Source of the DNA: Somniosus microcephalus
Taxonomy: Eukaryota
Direction of reading: 5' to 3'
DNA length: 64,000 nucleotides
NCBI GenBank assembly: GCA_052327205.1
Contig: CM126232.1
Location: 21,948,001 to 22,012,000, forward strand
Each line of letters opens with the position of its first letter. The stretch's first letter is position 1. Shown here one piece after another: positions 48,501 through 60,500 of the stretch. The notes beneath the pieces were generated by a model. That model was not told the origin of the DNA, made no database searches, and saw only the letters and a list, made by a program, of their open reading frames with translations. A program made the translations under genes and the position numbers.

Positions 48501-51500
48501 TATAGTCGGCCCTCAAGTGTGATACCACCCTCCTAAAACAGGACCTGTAGAAGTCTTCAAATAATTCTCTATGGTAACTACAAGAATCTGCGTTATTCTC
48601 TCCAGTAAATAAGGGAAGTTATCTTGTTCACTGCACTGACATCCTGGATTAATTTATTTTATAAGGCCGCTCCCTCCCATATCAGTGTCCATGTGTGCAA
48701 ATTAGTTTTCATTTTCAGTTTCCTCCACTAGATATGCTCACTCATGCTTTGCTCAGTAATGCCCTGATTTCCACACAGTCTCCAATGTTGCTGAAGTCAA
48801 GCAATTCTACATAGAGATGCTGGATAAATGATGGGCCAGTTATTCTATTTTTCTTAAATAACTCCCAAATAGCAGTTAGTTGCATTGTAAAAGTGTGGAC
48901 GCAGTTTGGCTGCTCACCTGGGAGCAGTTTGTTTAATGGGGAGAAAAATTTACTGCCACACGCACACGCAGTGTCCCAGGGACATCATTTGCGTAAAGGG
49001 GGCAGGTATCCCCATCATTTACAATGTTCCCAGCTTACCGCCTTGTGGGGTGGTAGGAATATTGGGCGGCAGCTGATCTGGCCGAAGAGGTGAATTGCTT
49101 TAAAATATTAGGCCAATGTCTCGGTTGCCGTTGGGAAATTGGCATCAGATCCCCATTTCTTCTTTTTGTAAGTATTCCGGCATCACACAGGCATATTTTC
49201 CCTTGGCCACAAAAAAAACTTGGGATTTCAGGCGAGTTGATTTATAGGACATTCTTGTATTATTTTGTCATCTTCTCTCCTCTCCCAAAGGCACCGAGCC
49301 ACGTTAGGGTACAGATCCAGAGGTTCTGTCAGCCTTCAGACTCAGTCCAAGGTATCCGCTTTTGGCCCAGGTTGGCTATTTGCCTACGGAGAACAACACA
49401 GCAAGCCCAACCTGCCGTCACCAGACATCCAGCATGTGGTAACACAAGAGATTCTCTTCAAATTAGAGCTGATGAAAGCCTTCCCCCAGGAGCTAATTGC
49501 AACTGGGCAACCTGGAAGTGCCTTAACAGACTTAGGTTGCTCAATGGTGTCACTAAGCAAATGGGGATATTCAACCAGCCCGACAACTTGTGAATGTGGA
49601 ACTGAGGCACAGACTATGCAACATCTCCTGCAATGCCCATCGTTAGAGGAACCCTGCACTGTTGCAGATCTTGCCGAATTCACCAACAAGGCGCAAAAAT
49701 GTGTCCAGTTCTGACTGGGCTATGTATAGACTGTCCGTGGACACGATAAGACGACGACTTGGTGCTGCAAATTGACATCAGCAATTGTACTGTGTACAGT
49801 TTTGGTCTCCTTACCTAAGGAAGGATATACTTGCCATCGAGGGAGTGCAACGAAAGTTCACGAGATTGATTCCTGGGATGGCGGGACTGTCGTATGAGAA
49901 GAGGTTTAGAAGACTAGGCCTGTATTCTCTTGAATTCAGAAGAATGAGAGGGGATCTCATTGAAGCATACAAAATTATTACAGGGCTTGATAGGGTGGAT
50001 GCTGGGAGAGTGTTTCCCTTGGCTGGGGAGTCTAGAACCAGGGGCCACAGCCTCAGGATAAAGGGTAGGCCATTTAGGACTGAGATGAGAAGAAATTTCT
50101 TCAGAGGGTGGCGAATCTTTGGAATTCTCTACCACAGATGGCTGTGGAGGCTCAGTCATTGGGTATATTCAAAACAGAAGTCGATAGATTTCTGACTAGT
50201 AAGGGCATCAAGGGATATGGCGATAGGGCCGGTGAATGGAGTTGAGGCAGAAGATCAGCTATGATCTCATTGAATGGCGGAGCAGGCTCGAAGGGCCGAA
50301 TGGCCAACTCCTGCTTCTATTTCTTATGTTCTTATGCAACTTAGAGTTTGTTGGGGGTGGGGGAGGAGGAGAATAATAAAGAAATAGGAAATGGGGGGAG
50401 AAGAGGAGAATGGTGGGAGAACGGAGGGGAAGGGAAGAGGAGAAAACAGCTGGCCTGACCATTATAGAGTGACCCCCGTGCAGGGCTCATTATTGTTTAA
50501 CTGTGACTGTCATGACCCTGTCACTAGCCGCCATCTTTCTGTATGGAAGGAGAGGTACGCCCTGCCTTCAGAGGCAGTGAAAGCTATCGCTCGGAGTCAG
50601 GTACACCGCCTACAATGTAAGCTCACGTTAAAAAAAATTTCAGCAAAGGTAGAGTGTCATCCCCCAGTGAGGGAGCCAAAGTCTTTCGTAACCAGAAAGG
50701 GGAATACAGGGGACAAAAAAGTGGCACGCTCATCCCTTCCGAAGAAAGCTCAAGTAATATGTTATTACCTCCAAGGTCAAGTCTCACCATCACCAAATAA
50801 TAGCAACTTTAACTTACTATGGAACATTTTTATTGGTCTGATGAGAGTGTTCTTCATGCAATTACACCAAGGACACTCGCTGCACGTTACTGGCAACCTG
50901 GTGTTAAATAGTGACAGCATAAATTAACCTGGTGCCAGTTTGACAGATGGTTTAGATTACCTTTACCTGAAGAAGAAACTTTTGCACAGTTGCCATCTCC
51001 ACAGGTTTTTCTTTTAACTTTAGTTTGCCTTTTGGTTTTCTTTTTAAAAAAAACCAGCTGCCTTCTTAAGGCACTGGCTTAGTCTGTTGATGGGATTAGC
51101 ACCTCGGGTTTAGCACTGAAGCCACGCTCCGGGAGCTCAGCATATAATCTAGGTTGACACTTCCGTACAGTGCCGAGGGAGTGCTGCAGTGTCAACGGTG
51201 CCATCGTTCAGATGTGCTATTAAATTAATGCCTGGTTCATGCAGACATTAAGGATCCCATGGCTCTTTTCAAAGAACAGCAAAGTTCTCGGGGTCCTGGC
51301 TAACATTCTTCCCTCAACCAACTGCACTAGAACGATTAGTTGGTCATTCATCTCATTGCTGTTTGTGGGACCCCGGCATATGTAAATGTCTGCCATGTTT
51401 GCTTACCCGGCGAAGTAATTCACTTTGTGAACCATTTGAGAGATGATATTTAAATACAAGAGATTTCTTTAGAAGAGCACAAACCCAACCCAACTCACCC

Positions 51501-54500
51501 TGCTCTCTCGGAGACTGGAGTAGTTATAAGTAATGATGCATTTTGGCAGAGGAAACAGGGAGAGGCAATATACACTTAATGGCATAGTTTTGAGAGTGTG
51601 CCGGGTCAGAGGGACCTGGGAATTAATGTGCATAGGTCCCTGAAGGTGGCAGGACATACTGAGAGTGTGGTTAACAAAGCATATGGGATCTTGGGCTTTA
51701 TAAATAGAGTACAAAAGTAGAGAAGTTATGCTGAATCTTTAGAAAGCTGGTTAGGCCACAACTGGAGTACTGCGTCCAGTTCTGGTCACCACACTTTAGG
51801 AAGGACGTGAAGGCCCTTGAGGGGGTGCAGAGGAGGTTTACCAGAATGGTTCCGGGGATGGGGGAATCTTAGCTACAAGGACAGGTTGGAGAAGCTGGAT
51901 TTGTTTTCATTAGAGCAAAGGAGGTTGCGGGGTGATTTGATGGAGGTGTACAAGATTATGACGGGTTTGGATAGGCTAGACGGGGAAAGGCTGTTCCCAC
52001 TAGTTGCTGGTACAAGGACTAGGGGACAGATTTAAGATTTTGGACGGGGGGGGGGGGGGGGGGGGGGGGGACTTTTTTTTAATTTTTTTTTAAACGCAGC
52101 GAGTGGTGAGGACCTGGAACTCGCTGCCAACGGAAGTGGTGGAAGCGGAGACACTCAATGTTTTCAAGGGGAGACTGGATAGGCACTTGAGGGAAATAAG
52201 CTTGCAGGGCTACGGGGATAGAGCAGGGGAATGGGACTGACTGGGTTGCTCTACAGAGAGTCGGCACAGACTTGATGGGCCGAATGGCCTCCTTCTGTGC
52301 CGTTATTACTCTATGACTCTAATGAACCATCACACCGCTTTTGGAAAGTAGGTTGGACTTCTTGCGGATAGGGGCGAGGGAGTATGCTGCTGCACCTCCC
52401 TCAGCTTGGCAGAATCAAAAATTGAGACGCTGGCTGAGGAACAAATTAGATTTTTTTAAAAAATTTTTTTAAATTCATTCACAGAATCTGGGCATCGCTG
52501 GCAAGGCCAGCATTTAATGCCCATCCCCAATTTCCCTTGAAAAGGTGATGAGCCGCCATCTTGAACAGCTGCAGCCCGTGTGGTGAAATGGGTGCCAAGT
52601 ACTTTCCTTTCTCTATCTCTGAAAGTAGACTGTACCTCATCCTCCATATGTGCATAAGATGGTTTGAGAGTCACAAAAGTAGTGATTCTCCCCAAAACTG
52701 CCCACAACATGCTGCTCCATCACCAATATTTTGATTATACTGACCAAATAGGAACTCCAACAAAAATAATGTTAACATTATAGATGTAGACAAGCACTTG
52801 TGTTGGATACAATAGTTTTCACTCATGAGTGAAGACCTACTGACATTCTAAAAGTTAGGAATCCCCACAAAAGTAAATTTGTACGTGCCAAATTCCAAAA
52901 TCCCAAGACTATTTTGTGTCTTTTGGGTCAAATCGTCGCCAAATTTCCACTGAATTACTGGAATGTTTACCGTCAACATTTCCCAGCAGTAGCAACCACC
53001 CTCTTACCCCCACCCCCAACTTTATAATTTCTTTACAACACAAGTTTTTGTAGTGCTACACTTAGTTTGTGACAGGATGGACCAAACTGATTCAACCTGC
53101 CAAGTCAGGACAGCAAATAGCAGAAGTTTCAGTAGTTCTAGACAAGGGGATGCAGGCTGAAACTACCAAGAGATCATCAAGCCCATCAGGAAGTTCTTCA
53201 CACTAGGAGTGATCACTGCCTGGATTGGACTGCTTGGTAGGGTAACTGCGATGGAGATACTGGAACTGTAGTGAACAGCTGGGTACCGAGGTGGGGATGT
53301 GGAGAAAGGCCTTTCTGGATGAACGAGCTGTGGTCACCTTCCTCATCTATGTCTTATCTTGTGATCTCTATTCTCAGATTTTTTTTTCATTCAAGCGACA
53401 TGAACGTCACTGGCAAGGCCAGCATTTATTGCCCATCCCTAATTTTCCTTAACTGAGTGGCTTGCTAGGCCATTTCAGAGGGCAGCTAAGAGTCAACCAC
53501 ATTGCTGTGGATCTGGTGTCACATATCGGCCAGACCGGGTAAGGACAGCAGATTTCCTTCCCTAAAGGACATTAGTGAACCAGATGGGTTTTTACGACAA
53601 TCCGTTCATTACATGGTCACCATTACTAACATTAGCCTTTTTTTAAATTCTAGAATTATTAATTAACTGAGTTTAAATTCCCAAGTTGCCATGGTGGGAT
53701 TTGAACTTCATGTCTCCGGATCATTAGTCCAGGCCTCAGGATTGCTAGTTCAGTAACATAACTGTACTGTTGGATCTGCTGTGCTTTTTCAACACAACCT
53801 TAGAATGAAGTGCAGTGGGGATAGAACACTTAGGCAAACGTGATGGAGTTTCTCGTCTCATTACTTTTGATGAGACCCGGTTTCAAATTACCTGCATTTT
53901 GGATGTATAGACAACTTACCTGTCCACCTACCCCATGAGGTACAACACATTGCTTAGAGGTTTGTAATAAGTTTCTGATTCAGGGACCTAAATGGACCTG
54001 GACAGTCTATAACCCAGCAAGCAAACACATTCTTGTTTGTAAACTTGTTTTATTTGAGAACTGATGAAAAGTAGAAAACTATACAAAGTAAAAAAAAAAT
54101 ACATGTATAATTTAACCCCAAATATAGAAAGTCAACATGCATTGGGTACATATTAAACTAGAAAAGTAGAAAGAGTAAAAAATATATCTTTATATATACT
54201 GCAAAAGCTGCATTTCTGGTAACACAACGAATATCCAGTTAATAGTCTGTTTTGAGAGGGACAGTGATAACAGTGGCAATGGCTAATGATAAGCCATCAG
54301 CTAAAGGTCTTGTTAACTTCATTTAACCACGACCCCTTCCCCCATATATCCAGGCAATCATGGTAAACAGCATTTGAAAGAACTTCTGGCATCTCCGAAT
54401 GGCTATGACTGGAGGTTGCAGCTAGGAACCCTCCAAAAATGCATTCACTCAAAATATATGTTCCAGTACTCAATAAAATCAAGCTTTATTGCAAACCAAG

Positions 54501-57500
54501 CCAACTCTAAAGCACTTCAAACATCTCAGAGCATTTAAATGATCAGAACACTGCTACAAACTCAGTCTTGGAAAGGTTGGTTATGATAGTAACTTTGCCT
54601 CAAAACTGATCGAAAGGCAGATCTTGCACAAACTTGGGGAATCGTCAGATACCTCAAGAGATCATCTGAAAGAATCCCAAATCCGACGCGTAGTCAGACC
54701 ACTTTTACGACCCAACATGAGTACTGCACTGCATACTCATCACGGTTGGGCAAAGTGACTTGGAAAAGATTTGTCTAAGAACGTCAATTAAAATCGCTCA
54801 AGAAATGAGCTGCAGCCATGCTGTGTCTTCCAAGACCCAACGTTACTGTGTTTTCTGCTCGTTTGTCAACAGTTGACACCAGTTACACTGCAAGATCATG
54901 ATAAATGAAGCATTCGCATGTTTAGGATGACACGGCCATTTGAATGTCTTGAAAGAAACCCTAGCATCTTGAAGAAAAAGTAGATAAACGGTGGAATAAT
55001 ATCACACCACACATGGACTGCAAGCTTGGACTCACCTCCCTAGTTTCCCCAAGTTAAGTTGGACCAAGCCAAGCCACAGAGTTGGATGTGACTAGACCAT
55101 GCCACACTGCAGAGAGGGGAGGAGAGTTCAACTCACCAAATGGTATCACAGCTTCAGCACTCCTCTGAGGGCTGATCAAGGCTAAAGAGGTCAGTAATTG
55201 GGGAAAAAACAACGGTCTAACCTTTGATGTCTAGTGACAGCATCAACATTCGTAAATCAGGGTTTAGCATGCCCCAGATACAGAGTATAGCGGAGTCTAT
55301 TTTGCTCCAGTTTCAAAAGAGCATCCCTTTCATTGCACTGGTGTGATTTTGCCCTCTTATTTCTCACAGCAGGAACCCCCGTGATACAGAAGCAATTTTG
55401 TGCTGTGGATTTGTTCCCATTAAGGGTTGAAATTTCTGAAACTCACTTCATGTATGATCCTTACAGCTAGCAGAGAGGCTGCTTCCATTGATCAGCTCAA
55501 ATAAGTTTTAAACTCAGGTCCCAGAGGTGAAACGACAGTTTCCCAACATACTGTGTGCCACCAATTCAGACTGTCCATGAATATTGGCATAGATTTGGCA
55601 ATCGAACATCCATTACCAATGCTAGTAGTGCAACGTTCAGAACTTAAGACAGCAAAGCTTGCTGATCAAACATGCGCTCAACCTTTCACATCAACAGATA
55701 ACAACTGCACCACCTTTGCTCGGAGAATGTCAAGTAATCTGTAGAAATGTCTTAATATTTGTTTTCTTTTCTTCCCAAGGCTTCAAGACAATATCAGAAA
55801 GAAATGGCCATTGTGTTGCCTGCTAAAATGGTCAGTTAATCATAAAACTGCCTGAACCAGTGAAAAAGAACCTTGCCTTATGTCGGTCTTGTGTTGCCTC
55901 AAATGGGGGCGCACAACATGGACACAATGTCGTGTCAAATAAATACTGCTTCCCAGTTGAACAATTTCTCACTTTAATGAACACATAAACTAACAAAAGT
56001 ACAACGTAAACACCTCATTTAAGCTGCAGGTAGAGCTGACCACAGACTAAGCAACTCAAAAGAAAGATCTTGAGACTTTGGTGATAAACAGGATAAGGTG
56101 CGGCTCAGCTCCAGTTGTTTTACAGCTGTTTTTTTAAAAAAATATATACCAGAAATACAGCTTTCAATCTCATTTTAATAACTGCCAAACACTACGTGTA
56201 GACTTTAACTAGGGGTGTCTCTTGCATGCAATGCGTATAAAAAAACAACTCCAATCAATCAATCCCTGTGACCCCAAAGTCAAAGTAAAATACAAAAATG
56301 TTTTAAAAGCAAAAAAAAGGTTCTTTTCCACAATTACAAAACATGCAAAGTCAAAATAAATAAGATATACAATTGCATACAAAAAGTTAACAGTTTTGGA
56401 ACACTGAATTGTTTTATCACAATAAAATTGGTGTACATTGTCCAGTTTTTTTTTCCAAAAAAAACACAAATTTCATCTGTTTTAGCTTACAAAAATTTTT
56501 TTTTTTTTTAAAAGAATAAAGAAAAGTAGCCAACGAGTGCTGAAGTTTTGACTGAGGGGCCAGCTATGCCATTCCAAAGACAGAAGAGAAAGCTTCTGTT
56601 CTGTTGCTCAAATTTAAAAGGACTTTTAAAAAACACAAGTTCGCTGCTTACATTTGCCTCGTCTACCAAAAGTTACTTCTGGCTAAATGCAATGAGTCAT
56701 TCCCAAACCCACATAAAGCTAGATTTTAACGGGGACGCGATGCATTATTCTCAAACTTGCTCCAAACCAACTCCAAGCAAAACGATTATAATGCACTATT
56801 CTCAACAAAATGTCACAAATCATGCTCCAAAAACTGGACAGTGATGCCCCGTTCCCAATCTCACACCAATTCAGAGAAACAATACTGTAAAACAGCACCA
56901 ATCCCAAATCCACACCAATCGGGATCCTGAAAAGACTGCACAGCACCAATCCCAAATCGGAGATCCTGAAAAGACTGCACAGCACCAATCCCAAATCGGA
57001 GATCCTGAAAAGACTGCACAGCACCAATCCCAAATCGGAGATCCTGAAAAGACTGCACAGCACCAATCCCAAATCCACACCAATCGGGATCCTGAAAAGC
57101 CTGCACAGCACCAATCCCAAATCCACACCAATTGGCATCCTGAAAAGACTGCACAGCACCAATCCCAAATCCACACCAATTGGGATCCAACCATATTAAG
57201 GATTTATTCATTTACTTCTAATGACGTGTTCAATTAGTTACGAAATAAAGCCAAGAATAGTAAATCTGGTCAAAGTCTATTGTAACTTCTCTTCTAAAAG
57301 TGCCTCTTATTCCTCCTCCCCAGGCTCCAAAAGTACAAGGGTCTAGGCCCCACAGTCAAAAGCACCGTCAGTATAAGCATACCAACAATAAAGCGAACCA
57401 TAATACCACTGCTTATGCCCCAGCAGAAATGACGGTGGAGAAAAGTCTAAAACCTGCAACTTAAATATTTAAATTGATGTGCCGTGTATTTTTTTTTATA

Positions 57501-60500
57501 TAAACGGGTCTCTCATTAGAGCGCCAGTATTCAAAATCGTACCAAATCATGCAAGTCATACAAATGATGTACAAATTGTGGACTAGTAAGGCATTTAAGA
57601 AAAAAAGCAGGAGCAAGAAGTTTAGGCACACCAAAATCCAAAGCCAGAAAGATTTATGTGCTAGTAACCAAAGGTATCAAATTTACTAACAAAAATGTTA
57701 GTGAATGGCATCAAGCCTGACTTTAGTAAAAGCTTTAGAAATCAGATACAGGATACTACTACAGTGGGTGGGTCCTACTGTGACAAGTAAGTGAGGTCGT
57801 AACTTCCAACAGGGGAAGCAATCAGGGTAACTAACCTATGATCAGAGTCCAGAGCAACAGGGTTGACTGGACCACTATTAACAGGAGACTGAACTTGGGA
57901 TTTGTCCTGGCTGATCTTGCCCTCCAGAGAGGCAGCGAGAGTACAAGTCCCAATTAGATTTAACGAAGGTATACCTTTCTGCATCACCCTACCAAGTATC
58001 CTTGATTGCAAGCAGGTTGGCACCTAGGCAAGTAACCATAGGCTGTACCATGTAGGCCTCCCAACAGAGATCATGGAAAAGAAAATATGGATTTTGGGGT
58101 CTGGGAGAGACAGAAGTTCCTATGCCATTTTAGACAAGGCCAGAGTAGTAAAGTGCTAGATAGAACCAGTTTTTAATAGCACTCATAGAATTCCCATCAA
58201 ATGTTGCCAACTAGGATTTCAATGAAACGTAATGGAAGACGAAGAATTTACATACAGCTACAATGTAGACATTTCCCCCCCACTCGAATTCCAATGAAGA
58301 GTGATGTCAGGTTATGTGTAGAGATCGTTTTTAGTTGAAGAAGAATGAACTACTTGTGGTTTACAGGTCTGTCGCAGATGGTCGTAGTGGTAGGGACAAT
58401 GAGGCGATTTAAGTTTATTGCATATTAAAGCATATTGCCTTAAATACAATGCGAGGGACTATAACAGGATGAAGTACACAATGGGTGGCACAGTTCCCTA
58501 AATCACTCGTCCCCGTGGCATTCAAGCCATTTGGTGTTGTCACTCAGTAACTTGCGCCCAATCATGCGTTCTTCATCTTTTGAGGATAGTCAACAGGTGA
58601 CAGCAGCACCAACGGCTGCAAGAGGAAAATGCAGGGAAGAGATAGCTACAGTATGGCAATTTCAAATCAGATGGGTTTGTCACCACTCGCCACTAACTGG
58701 AAGCTGATCTGGAGAACAAAAAACAAGTACTCTTCGCTTCAACTCTACCAAGCAGGTTTAATTCTTAATTAAGGCTTTCCTTTTAGAGCTCTGTGGGATC
58801 TGCCACAAGGAAAAATTCTACACCTGGTCCTGCGCATGATATAGTTCCACAAATCTCGCTGAGAAATCAACAGTTGAATGTGCTGTACTGAAACTTTAAG
58901 GACCTCTATACTATAACTAATTGCTTACTCTGATCAACAAGTCCTTAAAGGTTTTAACCCTTTTATATTATGGATTGCGCTATTTCTGCTCCTGTGTCCT
59001 CTTCACTAATATCCAGATATGCAATAACTTAACCTAAACTACACACATGGTCTACGAACCGTGAAGCTATATTGTACGTCACACTTGCTCAAAGTTAAAA
59101 CAGTTGCAGCAGTGGAATATTTCCTAGTTGACTAACTTGAGTCAGCCATTTAGATAGCAGTACCGATTTCATCTTAATTCGATATATACCCTGATTGACT
59201 GTGATCTGGCCAGTGGACATTAATAGCAAACTCTGGCCCCAATGGCCGAGCAGGCAAAGCAAATGCCTGGTGCTGCACTAAGAAATACTGGACGGTTCCA
59301 GGTTTGATTTTTGATCTGTGGTGAATTAGTTGGGATGCTACCATCAAACTCACATTAGGGGGAAGCAAAAGTCTGCAGCATTTCTGTTGAATTACTAGCA
59401 GTGACGCCTGCTGGAAATTAAGCGAGCATGTGCACATGTGGGGGAAATGGGGTGTTCTGGGCGAGAACCAAATCAGGCTCAGTCTGTTGCCCTCGGTAAT
59501 CAAATTACCTAACAAATCACATGATGAATGGCCGCTTGAGTGACATGCCAGAGAGCTGCTGGCGCTGAGGAACTGTACACCAGTTAGAGGTAGTGGCCCT
59601 AGTTGAGATTATCTTTCAGGTTTTGTGAACGGTACAGAATAAAGAATGATACTCAGTTGGGATAGTGCATATATACATTCGACTCCTGATTAACTTGAAG
59701 GAAGTAATTTAAGTAGACCAGCAAAGTGAGAATTTTGTATTTAAAATTTGAATTAAGAAACTTTTAATTAACAGACTACTCAGCTATTTAAAATTTATTA
59801 TATCCAGTCTATTCAATTCAATAAAACAACTTGAAATCTGGGATGATGTTCTGGCAAAACCCATTCCTCCAAAACTGAATACACTGCACTCAGCACCAGT
59901 CTTACACAAGGCTGCACACCGAGTTGGTGGCTCGTTCACTAAATTTCAGGTGACTTCCAGAAATTGCTCCACAAATTGACTTGATTTTTCTTAAACTTAA
60001 ATCAAGATAATCAGCAGATTTGATCAAAAAGTTGCCCCGACACAAAGGGGCAATTGTCCAGCTCACAAAAGACTGTGTGGCACGATATTTACTGGGACGG
60101 TTAAAAAAAAAAGCCTCCAAATACTTGGAAGTGTATTTTTATTTGGTACTTTCACTAAAGCCAAGGAGTTATCTGGTAATCCCGATGAACCAAGGAAGTT
60201 TGGTAATTCCAAAAAGGGAGCTTTCGGACCTTTCTACTGTATGTACACTTCCCACAACTTCCGAATATGACCGTGACCCATCCCCTATGTACAAGGTTGC
60301 CCCTGTCTCTGTATCATACCACAGCAGGAATCATTCAGAACATGTAGTATTCAGCTGGCTGACCTCTCAGTTCCAAACTCTGCACTCTGTGGCTATTACA
60401 CCATTCAATCTATGGAAAAGTACAGCTTACAACTAAAAAAAAAATTCACTCCTCTGAAAGACAGCATCTCTGTAAGAAATCACAGCATCCGTCAAAGGCC

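Noticed and set aside
50391-50927. 178-aa plus-strand ORF
   Set aside because: No recognisable domain, low-complexity start, antisense in an intron.
52045-52095. Long G and T homopolymers (also 9746, 19885, 40953, 41753) as G-quadruplex elements
   Set aside because: Simple slippage tracts, partly inside CR1 copies; lengths are unreliable and there is no supporting context.
56719-57211. Three overlapping repeat-peptide ORFs; CRISPR-like appearance
   Set aside because: Tandem units without unique spacers in a vertebrate intron; frames are open because unit lengths are multiples of 3.
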